This document shows, in pieces, positions 52,146 through 61,579 of a stretch of 64,000 nucleotides of DNA; the first letter of the stretch is position 1, and each line of letters begins with the position of its first letter. Below the pieces are notes generated by a model, which searched no databases, was not told where the DNA came from, and saw nothing but the letters and a program-made list of their open reading frames with translations. This DNA comes from an uncultured delta proteobacterium (GTDB lineage: Bacteria; Desulfobacterota; Binatia; Binatales; Binataceae). Location of the stretch: NCBI GenBank assembly GCA_963765675.1, contig CAVXXK010000001.1, forward strand, positions 384,001 through 448,000, read 5' to 3'. The position numbers and the translations under genes were made by a program.

Positions 52146-53156
52146 ATGTCCACGGCGGAGTTAATCGCCGATCCCCCTCGTTCGAAGCATGCCGAGCACG
52201 CAAAGCCGCGCAAGCGCAGGCCGCCGCTCGCGCTGCGTCCGCTGCATCGCATGTGGCGGCGAACGATCGACGAACTCGACGTCACGCGAATCGAGCTCCC
52301 GATGCGCGGCCTCGCGGAAGTGCATCACGGCGTGGTCGCGTGCCAGATCAGCGATTTCCACGTCGATCGCGACGAGGACCTGGCGCGGCTGCACGTCGCG
52401 GTCGAGGCGATAAATCGCGAACGTCCCGAGCTGGTGTTTCTGACCGGAGATTATTTTTCCGGGCCGGATACGATGCAGCGCTATCTGGCGCCGTTTCGCG
52501 AGGCGCTGTCAGGACTCAAGCCGGCGCACGGCGTGATCGCCATTCTAGGGAATCACGATCACTGGTCGTCGGCCGACAAGATCACCGCCACGCTTCGCGC
52601 CGCAGGCGCCGACGTGCTGTGCAACGAAAACCGTCGCATCGCGATTCGCGGACGCGAGTTGATCGTTGTCGGAATCGACGACTTGTGGTCGCGGCACGCG
52701 GAACCCGCGCGGGCGTTTGCGGGTGTCGAGCCCGGCGAAAGCGCGATCGTGCTGGCGCATAATCCTGACACCGCTCTGTACGCGCGCCATCTGCATCCGG
52801 GCGTGATGCTGTCGGGACACACGCACGGCGGCGTGGTACGAATTCCGTATTACGGCTCGCCGCTCAAATCGATTCTCCGAATCGGCAAGCGGTTTTACTC
52901 AGGCCTCAACCGCTACGAAGATTTTTTCATTTATACCAATCGGGGGCTCGGCACCTTTTGGCTGCGGATCAGAATCAATTGCCGCCCCGAGATCTCCCGC
53001 TTCAGCCTGGTGCCGCTCGATCCTGCCACGCTTCAGTCCGCGATCGCATCAGAGACGGCGCCGGAATCGCTGCCCGATGAAGTAGTCCGCCGAAAGCGCC
53101 GCCGAACCAAACCGGCTCGCGTCAAACGGCCGCGGCGCCCGCGCAAGACGCATTAA
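52146..53156 (+). CDS. Metallophosphoesterase (YkuE-like)
   Basis: SDFH, TGD, GNHD, HNPD and GHTHGG motifs. Confidence 0.87.
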   Translation: MSTAELIADPPRSKHAEHAKPRKRRPPLALRPLHRMWRRTIDELDVTRIELPMRGLAEVHHGVVACQISDFHVDRDEDLARLHVAVEAINRERPELVFLTGDYFSGPDTMQRYLAPFREALSGLKPAHGVIAILGNHDHWSSADKITATLRAAGADVLCNENRRIAIRGRELIVVGIDDLWSRHAEPARAFAGVEPGESAIVLAHNPDTALYARHLHPGVMLSGHTHGGVVRIPYYGSPLKSILRIGKRFYSGLNRYEDFFIYTNRGLGTFWLRIRINCRPEISRFSLVPLDPATLQSAIASETAPESLPDEVVRRKRRRTKPARVKRPRRPRKTH

Positions 53157-53177
53157 CTACACGGGCAAGGGTGCCTG

Positions 53178-54560
53178 ATGCTCGACCTCGCAATTGCAGG
53201 CGCGACCGCGGTGACGCCCGGCGGCGTGCTCGCGACAGACGTCGGCGTGCGCGCGGGCAAAATCGTTCAGGTCGTCGCGCCGGGAACTCTCGAAGCTGCG
53301 ACAACCACGATCGACGCGCGCGGGATGCTGCTGCTGCCGGGCGCGATCGATGCGCACACGCATCTCGATGCCGAGATGTACAACGCTCACACGATCGACG
53401 ACTTCGAGTCCGGCACCATCGCGGCGGCGGCTGGCGGCGTCACCTCGATTATCGACTACGCATTCCAACCCGAAGGCGGCACGCTTACCGACGCGATCGC
53501 CAAATGGCATGCGAAGGCTGATAGCCGCGCGGTAATCGACTACGGGTTTCATGTAGCCATCCTCGATCCGTCGCCGGCGACGATCGCGGAGATCGCTTCC
53601 ATAGCCGAGCGCGGCGTGACGAGCTTCAAGATTTTCATGATGCGCGGATTCGAAGCTCGCGCCCGCGATTTTATGCGCGCGTTTCGGGCTGTTGCCGATG
53701 CGGGTGCGATGCTCGCGATCCATGCCGAAGACGAGCACGTGATCGGATACTGCACCGAGCGGCTGCTGGGTGCCGGAAAATTTGAGGTGGCGAATTTTCC
53801 CGCCAGCCGCCCGCCGCTGTCGGAGGCCGCCGCCGTCGAGCGGGGGCTCGCGATGGCGTCGAGCGCAAATGCGCCCGCCTATTTCGTTCATCTGTCCACT
53901 GCCGGCGCGCTGAACGCGATTCGCCGTGCACGCGTCCGCGGGCAGGACGTACTCGCCGAGACGCGCCCGATATATCTCTACCTGACCGAAGAGCGGTTCC
54001 TCGAACCGCGCGGCGAGAAGTATGTTGGATTTCCGCCGCTCCGGTCCGAGCGCGATCGCGAGGCCGTGTGGGAAGGGATCGCCGACGGCACTATCGACGT
54101 GCTCGCGACGGACCATTGCAGTTGGAACCTTGCTCACAAGAGTGCGCCGGATCGTTTCAGCCGGATCCCGCCCGGCATGGCGAATCTCGAAACTCTGGTG
54201 CCGATGCTGTATTCCGAGGGCGTCGTGAAGCGCCGCCTGCCCCTGGCGCGCTTTGTCGATCTGATCGCCACGAATCCAGCGCGAATCTTCGGGCTGTATC
54301 CGCGCAAGGGGGTGATTGCCGAAGGCAGTGACGCGGATCTGATTGTGTTCGATCCAAATCGGCAGGTCGTGATTCGCAGCACCGAGATGCACTCGCGAGC
54401 GGACTACGACGTGTTCGAGGGCTTCGAGGTTACGGGATGGCCGCGGGAGACGATCGCGCGCGGCGAGGTGGTCGCGATCGATCGCAAACCCAGCGCCCGC
54501 GCCGGACGCGGGCGCTACCTCGAGCGCGCACGTTTCAATCCCGCGTGGCGAAGCCTGTAG
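53178..54560 (+). CDS. hydA: Dihydropyrimidinase / D-hydantoinase
   Basis: DAHTH, SFK (carboxylated Lys), HAE, VH, TDHC and RKGVIAEGSDAD motifs. Confidence 0.85.
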   Translation: MLDLAIAGATAVTPGGVLATDVGVRAGKIVQVVAPGTLEAATTTIDARGMLLLPGAIDAHTHLDAEMYNAHTIDDFESGTIAAAAGGVTSIIDYAFQPEGGTLTDAIAKWHAKADSRAVIDYGFHVAILDPSPATIAEIASIAERGVTSFKIFMMRGFEARARDFMRAFRAVADAGAMLAIHAEDEHVIGYCTERLLGAGKFEVANFPASRPPLSEAAAVERGLAMASSANAPAYFVHLSTAGALNAIRRARVRGQDVLAETRPIYLYLTEERFLEPRGEKYVGFPPLRSERDREAVWEGIADGTIDVLATDHCSWNLAHKSAPDRFSRIPPGMANLETLVPMLYSEGVVKRRLPLARFVDLIATNPARIFGLYPRKGVIAEGSDADLIVFDPNRQVVIRSTEMHSRADYDVFEGFEVTGWPRETIARGEVVAIDRKPSARAGRGRYLERARFNPAWRSL

Positions 54561-54629
54561 GTTTTCGCCGTCAAATTTTTCCGCTTGTTCATTATTGCGC
54601 GTGGGGGCCTAATTGAGAGGGACGCGTGC

Positions 54630-55544
54630 ATGGACGAAAAGACTATTGCCGTCGCTGGAGGCTCGGGGTTCATCGGCCGCGCGATTGTGCGCCGGCTGGC
54701 CGCGATTGATTCACTCAAACTCCGCGTGCTGAGCCGCAACCCGGAGAAGGCGCGCACACAGCTCTGGGAGTCTCACGCGGAGTTCGTCGAGACCGACATC
54801 TCCAAGCCGGAATCCGTGCGCGCCGCACTCGACGGCGCCGCCGCCGTAATCGATGCGATCCAGTTCGACGGCTACCCGGTCGAGAATCCGCGCCGCGGGC
54901 TGACCTTCGAGCGAATCGATCTCGGCGGAGTGCTCGCGCTGATCGCGGCGGCCAAAGCAAACGACGTCAGGCAATTCATCTACATCAGTGGCGCGTCAGC
55001 CAACGAGACTTCAGCGCATCCGGGCTTTCGCGCCAAGGGCAAAGCGGAGCGCGCGATTCGCGAATCAGGACTCGACTACACGATCTTCCGGCCGTCGCTG
55101 GTGTACGGGCCGGAGGACGCGGTCGTCAACAATTTCGTCAAGCTGCTGAAATTCGCGCCGGTGTTCGCGGTGCCGGGAACCGGACGGCAGAAGGTGCAGC
55201 CGGTCCTGGTCGACGATCTGGCCGCGTGCGTCGCGCTCGCGATCTCCGGACGCGGAAAGAATGGCATCTACGAGGTCGGCGGTCCCGAGTTGATGACCTT
55301 TGACGAGATGATGCGAACTATCATGGAGGCGAGCGGGCATCGGCGTCCGATCGTCCACATTTCAGAGGGCTTGATGCGCGGGATCGGCGCGATCGCTGAG
55401 AAGCTGCCCAAGCCGATGCTGTCGCGCGACGCGGTCACCTTCGTCACCGCGGACAATGCCTGTGATATCGCGCCGCTGGTCGCGGAGTTCGGAATTCAGC
55501 TCACGCCGGCGCGCGTCGGGATGCGGTACCTGGCAAAGAAGTAA
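54630..55544 (+). CDS. NAD(P)-binding atypical SDR (NDUFA9-like)
   Basis: GGSGFIG, RPSLVYG and QPV.VDD motifs. Confidence 0.8.
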   Translation: MDEKTIAVAGGSGFIGRAIVRRLAAIDSLKLRVLSRNPEKARTQLWESHAEFVETDISKPESVRAALDGAAAVIDAIQFDGYPVENPRRGLTFERIDLGGVLALIAAAKANDVRQFIYISGASANETSAHPGFRAKGKAERAIRESGLDYTIFRPSLVYGPEDAVVNNFVKLLKFAPVFAVPGTGRQKVQPVLVDDLAACVALAISGRGKNGIYEVGGPELMTFDEMMRTIMEASGHRRPIVHISEGLMRGIGAIAEKLPKPMLSRDAVTFVTADNACDIAPLVAEFGIQLTPARVGMRYLAKK

Positions 55545-55551
55545 TTTCCCG

Positions 55552-56466
55552 CTACGCGCGGCGCCACCCGATATTTTCGTGGCCGAAATTGAACGCCTCG
55601 GGATGAAGCAGCTCGGCCAGGATCTCGAGCGACTCGACCAGGCGCGGGCCGGGGCGATTGAAGTATTGATTTCCGTCCGCAATGAACACGCGGCGCTCGC
55701 GTGCCGCGCGCAGCTTGCTCCATCGCGGATCGCGCGTCAGCGCGGGAAGCTCGATGAGCGTGCGTGCGATATCGAAGCCGCACGGCGAAATCATGATCAC
55801 TTCGGGATCGGCCGCCGCAAGCTCTTCGAACTTCATCCACGGCGAATGCTCGCCCGCGCGGCCGAAAAGATTGTCGCCGCCTGCCATCGCCGCCAACTCG
55901 GGCATCCAGTTGCCCGCCGACATCATCGGATCGATCCACTCGATACAGGCAAACGTCGGGCGCGTAGCGAGCACGCCGGCGCGCGCGGCGATCGCGTCCA
56001 TTCGATTGCGCATTTCCACTACCAGCGCGTCTCCACGCTCGGTGGCTCCCAGAGCCTTCGCGACGCGCTTGATGTCCGCGAAGACATCCGCCAGGGCATA
56101 GGGCGCGAGCGACACGATCCTGGGCAGAATACCGAGCCACTGCGCGACCGCAGCCTCGACGTCGCGCTCGCTGACCGCGCAAACCTCGCATTGCGATTGC
56201 GTGACGATAACCTCGGGACGAAGGTCACGCAGCCGGTCCGCATCGACCCGATACACCGACAGCGCGTCGCCGACGATCTGCTTCACGCGCTGGTCGATCT
56301 CGGCGCTGGTGCCTTCGACTTTGAATTTGGGTTCAGTAAGCGCGGGCAACTTTGCGATGCTCGACGGATAGTCGCATTCATGCGAGCGGCCAACCAGATC
56401 ATTTTCAAACCCGAGCGCGCAGACGATCTCGGTCGCGCTCGGCAGCAGGGTTACGATTCGATGCAT
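55552..56466 (-). CDS. Stand-alone TroA/BtuF-like binding protein
   Basis: RIVTLLPSATEI, SHECDYP and FNRPGPRL motifs; no obvious signal peptide. Confidence 0.8.
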   Translation of the reverse strand: MHRIVTLLPSATEIVCALGFENDLVGRSHECDYPSSIAKLPALTEPKFKVEGTSAEIDQRVKQIVGDALSVYRVDADRLRDLRPEVIVTQSQCEVCAVSERDVEAAVAQWLGILPRIVSLAPYALADVFADIKRVAKALGATERGDALVVEMRNRMDAIAARAGVLATRPTFACIEWIDPMMSAGNWMPELAAMAGGDNLFGRAGEHSPWMKFEELAAADPEVIMISPCGFDIARTLIELPALTRDPRWSKLRAARERRVFIADGNQYFNRPGPRLVESLEILAELLHPEAFNFGHENIGWRRA

Positions 56467-56483
56467 CTTGTAATCCCGGGGTT

Positions 56484-56915
56484 CTATTGCGGCGTACGAG
56501 TTGATCCGATCTCGTCGAGGCCGGTAGCGCGATCGACCTTGGTGAGCGTGACCTGGCTCGATGCGAGTCCGCCCGAAACAACTTCGCGCACGAAGTAATC
56601 GTTCTCGGGCCGCGCCTCAAAGATGACCGGAGCGGTGCCCGCGCTCGCGGCGGAGCATTTGATCGTTCCCGGCGCCTCGACGAAAGCGTGATAACCACCT
56701 GACCCGATCGCGATCGTGTCGCTGCCGCAGGTTATATCAGGTTCGTCGCTCGCGCCAAAAAACTGATACGGGCGATAGACATAGACGACCGCCTTGGTGC
56801 TCGGACGCGCCATCCGCGTGAACGCCGGCCCCTCGACCTCGCATCCGGCGAAGATAAGGATCGCGATCATCGACGCGGCGAATTTCCCGAAGTTCCTGGA
56901 ATGGATTGATCTCAT
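56484..56915 (-). CDS. Putative lipoprotein (DUF2846-like)
   Basis: FAGC lipobox; AVVYVYRP...GGY...PG pattern. Confidence 0.6.
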   Translation of the reverse strand: MRSIHSRNFGKFAASMIAILIFAGCEVEGPAFTRMARPSTKAVVYVYRPYQFFGASDEPDITCGSDTIAIGSGGYHAFVEAPGTIKCSAASAGTAPVIFEARPENDYFVREVVSGGLASSQVTLTKVDRATGLDEIGSTRTPQ

Positions 56916-56977
56916 CGTTTCCGATTCGGCTCCTGCGCGCGATTCTAATCGCGCCGTGCCTGAATGCGAAACGGCGA

Positions 56978-57796
56978 TCATCCGCCCGGCTTGACCGCGC
57001 GCACGTAAAAGAACAGCGGCATATGCTCGCGCCATCGCACAAGCCATGGATTCGCGCGGCAGGCTTCTTCGGTGGGACGCGGTTCGTGAATTTCTTTCAG
57101 CGCGAAGCCGGCGGCAACGACCGGGTTGATGTAGTCCGAAAGGATACGATCGAAACGCGGCACGGAAAAATCTTCAACTTGCGGAGCGCCCGGTGCTTTC
57201 GAGAACTTCCATCGCTCAATCCACGGTTGATTGTTGAAGTACTCGGCCCCGGTGTATCCGGTCTCGCGTCCACTCTCGTCATGAATCCATCTGAACCCGC
57301 GAGTCATGAAACAAGGATGAATGATGCTGAAACAAAGCTGAGCGCCGGGGCGCATCACGCGAAAGATCTCGCGCATCGCGGACGGGAAATCGGGTCCGTC
57401 CATCAATGCCATGAACGACACTGCGGCGTCGAACGAATCCGCCGCGAATTGCGGCATCGCGGTGTATGATGCGACTTGGTACTGGATCCCAAGCGGCTCG
57501 CGGCGCTCCTCCTCGCGCGCCAACTCGATCATCCTGCTCGAGATGTCCGCGCCGATCATCTTTGCGCCGCGCCGCGCCAGGATGCGCGTGTTGTGCCCCT
57601 CGCCGCATCCGGCGTCGAGGACGCGCTTACCGGCCAGATCACCGATAAAGGCGATGAACGCCGGATTGTTGTAGTGCTCGCGATAAACGTCGTGTCCGGC
57701 GCGAACCTCGGCGGCCCACAGGTCGGCGTTGCGATTCCAGTTATCGGCGACTTCGGCGGCGGAAATCCCTGAAGGCGGCTCGTCGATTTTGCGCAC
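56978..57796 (-). CDS. Class I SAM-dependent methyltransferase
   Basis: VLDAGCGEG and FSIIHP motifs; GTG start after AAGGAGG. Confidence 0.85.
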   Translation of the reverse strand: MRKIDEPPSGISAAEVADNWNRNADLWAAEVRAGHDVYREHYNNPAFIAFIGDLAGKRVLDAGCGEGHNTRILARRGAKMIGADISSRMIELAREEERREPLGIQYQVASYTAMPQFAADSFDAAVSFMALMDGPDFPSAMREIFRVMRPGAQLCFSIIHPCFMTRGFRWIHDESGRETGYTGAEYFNNQPWIERWKFSKAPGAPQVEDFSVPRFDRILSDYINPVVAAGFALKEIHEPRPTEEACRANPWLVRWREHMPLFFYVRAVKPGG

Positions 57797-57833
57797 GCGG
57801 ATCCTCCTTGTTGCACGAGACGACGCATAGCGG

Positions 57834-57860
57834 AAAAGAAAAGGGCCGAAATCTCGGCCC
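57834..57860 (-). terminator. Terminator-like hairpin in the 5' leader of the methyltransferase
   Basis: GGGCCGAG-AU-UUCGGCCC followed by UUUUCUUUU. Confidence 0.55.
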
Positions 57861-57910
57861 ATCGTTTCCGCACCGTCGGTGCGTTTTTCGGTCATCCTTA
57901 GGGTTTGGTG

Positions 57911-57939
57911 AATTTATACGAAATGCTCAACGTTGACAA
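57911..57939 (-). promoter_or_regulatory. Putative sigma70 promoter for the methyltransferase leader
   Basis: TTGTCA-N17-TAAATT on the minus strand; overlaps a plus-strand TTGACA facing the Hsp70 gene. Confidence 0.5.
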
Positions 57940-57996
57940 CGATTCTGCGCAACCGGATTCTCGACGGATGACTCAACCTCGCGCAGTTCTCACCTC

Positions 57997-59310
57997 ATGA
58001 GCGCGCCGATCCACGCCGTCGGGCTGGATTTCGGCACCACCAACAGCGCGATCGCGATCATCGGCGGCGACGGCGCGGTGCGCCTGGCGCGCTTTGCCGC
58101 CGACATCGCGGACGCGCCCGAGACCGAAACCTTTCGCTCGATTCTGTTTTTCGAATCGACCGAAGAAACCGGCGGCACTGAGGCGGCGCTGTCGGTCGGC
58201 AACGACGCGATCCGCCGCTACCTTGCCGCGGGCGGCAACGGCAGGCTCATCCAGTCGCTCAAGTCGTTTCTGGCTGATCGAACGTTCCAATCTACCGACA
58301 TCATGGGCGAAGACTATTCGCTCGGAGATCTGATCGCGCCGATTCTGATCAAGCTGCGCCAGAGCGCGGAAGCGCAGTTCGGACCGCTGCCAGCGCGTAT
58401 CGTCGTCGGTCGCCCGGTGCATTTTTCCGACGCACAAACCTCTGCCGACGACGACGCGGCGCGCGCCCGCCTTGACGTTGCGGTCCGGCGCGCGGGCTGG
58501 GACGAAGTTGTGTTCGAGTACGAGCCGGTCGCTGCGGCGTATGACTACGCGAGCCGAATCAGTCGCGACGAGACGGTGATGATCGCGGACTTCGGCGGAG
58601 GCACCAGCGACTTCTCGATCCTGCGGCTCAAGGCTCCGCGCGCAGGCTCGGCGGAGCCGCGCGAGCGATTCGAGATTCTTGGCAACGACGGCGTCGCGAT
58701 CGCGGGCGACGCATTTGACGGGCGGATGATCCATCACATCGTCGCGCCAGCGCTCGGACGCGGCTCGAAGTATCGCTCGCCATACGGTGCGACGTTGCCC
58801 GCGCCGACCTGGCCGTACGCAAGGCTCGAGCGATGGCATCATCTGTCGATGCTCAAGACGCGCGCGACGCTGTTTCGGCTGCGCGAGCTCGAACGCGAGT
58901 CGCTCGAGCCGGCGAAGATCGCGGCGCTGATCAACGTGATCGACAGTGACCTGGGCTACTACATATTTCGCGAGATCGAACGCACCAAGCTCGCGCTATC
59001 GGACGATGAATCCGCCGAGTTCGACTTTACCGATGGGCCGACCGAGATCCGCCGCGTGATTGCGCGCGGCGAACTCAACGACTGGATCGCGCGCCTGCTC
59101 GCCGAGATCGCGGGATGCGTTGATCGGCTGATGCGGACGGTCGCGATCGATCGTAAAGCAATCGATAGCGTATTTCTGACCGGTGGCTCGTCGTTCGTGC
59201 CCGCGGTCCGGCGAATATTTGAAGAGCGCTTCGGCGCGGACAAAATCCGGATGGGCAACGAATTCACCTCGGTCGCCCGCGGGCTCGCGCTACGCGCGCT
59301 GGAGACCTGA
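57997..59310 (+). CDS. Hsp70-family protein (YegD-like)
   Basis: GLDFGTTNS, GRPVHF, EPVAAA, DFGGGTSDFS and TGGSS motifs; no substrate-binding domain. Confidence 0.87.
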   Translation: MSAPIHAVGLDFGTTNSAIAIIGGDGAVRLARFAADIADAPETETFRSILFFESTEETGGTEAALSVGNDAIRRYLAAGGNGRLIQSLKSFLADRTFQSTDIMGEDYSLGDLIAPILIKLRQSAEAQFGPLPARIVVGRPVHFSDAQTSADDDAARARLDVAVRRAGWDEVVFEYEPVAAAYDYASRISRDETVMIADFGGGTSDFSILRLKAPRAGSAEPRERFEILGNDGVAIAGDAFDGRMIHHIVAPALGRGSKYRSPYGATLPAPTWPYARLERWHHLSMLKTRATLFRLRELERESLEPAKIAALINVIDSDLGYYIFREIERTKLALSDDESAEFDFTDGPTEIRRVIARGELNDWIARLLAEIAGCVDRLMRTVAIDRKAIDSVFLTGGSSFVPAVRRIFEERFGADKIRMGNEFTSVARGLALRALET

Positions 59311-59416
59311 GAGTCGTCATTGTGAGGCCGCCATCGACGGCGGGCGAGCCGCGGCGGTGTTTCTCGCGCGGCGACCCGTGAGGCGGCGTCCGCTACTGCT
59401 GTGCCCGAACGCTCGC

Positions 59417-60175
59417 TCAAGCGGCGGCGTGCGGATAGCCGGAAGTCAGCGCGGGAAGTGCGATTCCGAGCTGCTCGCAGCGCTTGCTAATCATCGCGAG
59501 GTACAGGTCGGCGAGTTCCTGGTTGTCGCGCGTCTTGAGGCCGTATCGAATACAATCGTAAGTGAAGCCCGTCCCCGGCGGTCCGAAAAAATTAACCGCG
59601 CGCGGAAGCCATTCGCGCAATGCCGCGCCGACTCGATCCGCGCCAAAGTGCTCCACCGCCTCGCCCAGTTGATGGCTCGCGAAGACTTCGTGATCGGCTT
59701 CTTCTTCCAGGATTATCTCGGCCGCGCTCGCATGCGGCGCGTAGCTCGAATCGCGGTAGTTCACGCCGATCATGATTAGGCCAGTCGCGTCGAGCGCGAG
59801 CGCCGCCATCAGCAGATCGAGCTCGTCGGCCGCGTGCTGCGCAAAATGCACTGCGGCCGCGAACGAAGGCGCCTTGACGATCGTGATCATCGCGCGGTCG
59901 GCCTGCTGCTCGGTCACGCCCAGCTCGGCCAGCGCGCGATAGACCAGCCGCGCGTGCTTCTTCTCTTCGCGGAAATTCTTTTCGAGCGTCGGTCGCAGCA
60001 CGGGATTGTCGATGGTCTCGATCGCCTGCTGGTAGCCGAGCGCGGTCAGTTTTTCGGCAAACGCATGCGCGGAGAGCAGGCGCACCAGGATCTTGCGGTA
60101 GTGGCTGTCGATGCTGCCGCTTAGAACCGCGGCCGCATCGATCGATCGCGGGGGATACTCACGCCGGATCGGCAT
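59417..60175 (-). CDS. Ferritin-like di-iron protein (PaaA/BoxB-like)
   Basis: E...EEKKH...D...EEADH ligand pattern; W.PRA...FG motif. Confidence 0.7.
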   Translation of the reverse strand: MPIRREYPPRSIDAAAVLSGSIDSHYRKILVRLLSAHAFAEKLTALGYQQAIETIDNPVLRPTLEKNFREEKKHARLVYRALAELGVTEQQADRAMITIVKAPSFAAAVHFAQHAADELDLLMAALALDATGLIMIGVNYRDSSYAPHASAAEIILEEEADHEVFASHQLGEAVEHFGADRVGAALREWLPRAVNFFGPPGTGFTYDCIRYGLKTRDNQELADLYLAMISKRCEQLGIALPALTSGYPHAAA

Positions 60176-60187
60176 CGCCGCACCTTG

Positions 60188-60631
60188 TTACGTCGCGTGA
60201 CCGTTCTTCGAGGGCAGGATCACGGTCGCGCTGCCGGGAGTGGTCTTTTCGCCCTTCGCATTTTCGAGCCAGATTTCGCAATCGACCATGTGATGTCCGT
60301 GCTCGGAATATTTCTTCGCGACCTTGCCGCGGCACACGACCTTGGTCCCGGGCTGATCCATCCCGCGATAAGTCACCGAGAGTTTGCGGACCCATCCGTG
60401 CTCGCCCGCGAAATCGGTCACGAGGCGGCCCAGGAACGCGTTCTTCAGCGCGCCGTGCAGGATTACACCCGGCAACTTGTTGGCGAGCGCAAAATCCTTG
60501 TCGTAATGAATCTGGTAGAAATCGCCCGAGGCGCCCGCGTACTTCACCAGCTGCTGGGTGGTCGGGTGTATTTCGAGCGGCCCAATTTCCGCGCCCACTT
60601 CGATATCTTCAATGTAGTGCTGCTTCGTCAT
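60188..60631 (-). CDS. MaoC-like (hot-dog) dehydratase, catalytic subunit
   Basis: YAGASGDFYQIHYD...HG hydratase motif. Confidence 0.85.
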   Translation of the reverse strand: MTKQHYIEDIEVGAEIGPLEIHPTTQQLVKYAGASGDFYQIHYDKDFALANKLPGVILHGALKNAFLGRLVTDFAGEHGWVRKLSVTYRGMDQPGTKVVCRGKVAKKYSEHGHHMVDCEIWLENAKGEKTTPGSATVILPSKNGHAT

Positions 60632-60663
60632 CGTGGTTAACCTCGCGTGGTAACGGCCGCGGC

Positions 60664-61119
60664 CTAGTAGCGAATTCCGGTCGAGCGCTGCGTCGCGCAC
60701 ACTTCGCCGAACTGGTTGGTGTAAGTCGTCTCCATCGTGATGAACACCATCACGCCGAGCCGCCCTTCCGATTCGCGCAGATCGGCCAGGCGGGTCTGCA
60801 CGCTGATACGGTCGCCGACTTTAATCGGATGGAAATATTCCCAGTCCGAGCCGCCGTCGAGTCCGCGAAATTCCTTGCCCATCCCCGGCAGCTCGATTCC
60901 CGGAATCGGCGAGCCCATCGAGCGGCAGAACGTCGGTGGCGCGATCATCCCGCCGAAGCGGGTCTTGCGCGCCTCACGCTCGTCGTTGAAGAGCGGGTTC
61001 GGATCGCCTATCGCCTCGGCGAAGCGGCGAATCGCGCCGCGCTCAACCTCGTAGGTGCGAATCTCGCCGGTCGTGCCGATCTGCTTGCGGACTTCGTCGG
61101 TAACGTATTTGTTCGCCAT
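60664..61119 (-). CDS. MaoC N-terminal / FAS1-like dehydratase partner subunit
   Basis: VERGAIRRFAEAIGDPNP, APPTF and TNQFGE motifs. Confidence 0.82.
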   Translation of the reverse strand: MANKYVTDEVRKQIGTTGEIRTYEVERGAIRRFAEAIGDPNPLFNDEREARKTRFGGMIAPPTFCRSMGSPIPGIELPGMGKEFRGLDGGSDWEYFHPIKVGDRISVQTRLADLRESEGRLGVMVFITMETTYTNQFGEVCATQRSTGIRY

Positions 61120-61260
61120 GACCTGTTTCCTTTTCCCGAACTGGCTGCCCCTTTTATTACCACAGCCTGCGGCCGGGCCGATAACTCTTCATAGCGGCCC
61201 GCGGCTAGTGCGGCTACGATCAAGATACGCGCGGCGCTCGCCGCGCCGGAGGTGCATCGG

Positions 61261-61557
61261 ATGGCAAAGCTCGACGCCGGACAGATTTCATCGAAGCTCT
61301 CCGCGCTTCCCGGATGGGAGCATCGGCAGGACGCGATTGCCAAGCAATTCGAATTCAAGGAATTCATGGACGCGATTCGCTTTGTCGAAAAGATCGCCAA
61401 GATCGCGGAAGCCGCCGACCATCATCCCGACATGCTGATCAACTATCGGCGCGTGACTTTCACCTGCTCGACACACGATCAGGGCGGTATCACCGAGAAG
61501 GATTTTCGCCTCGCCGCGAATATCGAGGCCGCGTACAAATCCGCGCACGGAAAATAA
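61261..61557 (+). CDS. phhB: Pterin-4-alpha-carbinolamine dehydratase
   Basis: AE..DHHPD and STHD.GGIT.KD motifs. Confidence 0.88.
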   Translation: MAKLDAGQISSKLSALPGWEHRQDAIAKQFEFKEFMDAIRFVEKIAKIAEAADHHPDMLINYRRVTFTCSTHDQGGITEKDFRLAANIEAAYKSAHGK

Positions 61558-61579
61558 TTCGCGCGGATCGGCGGAACGA

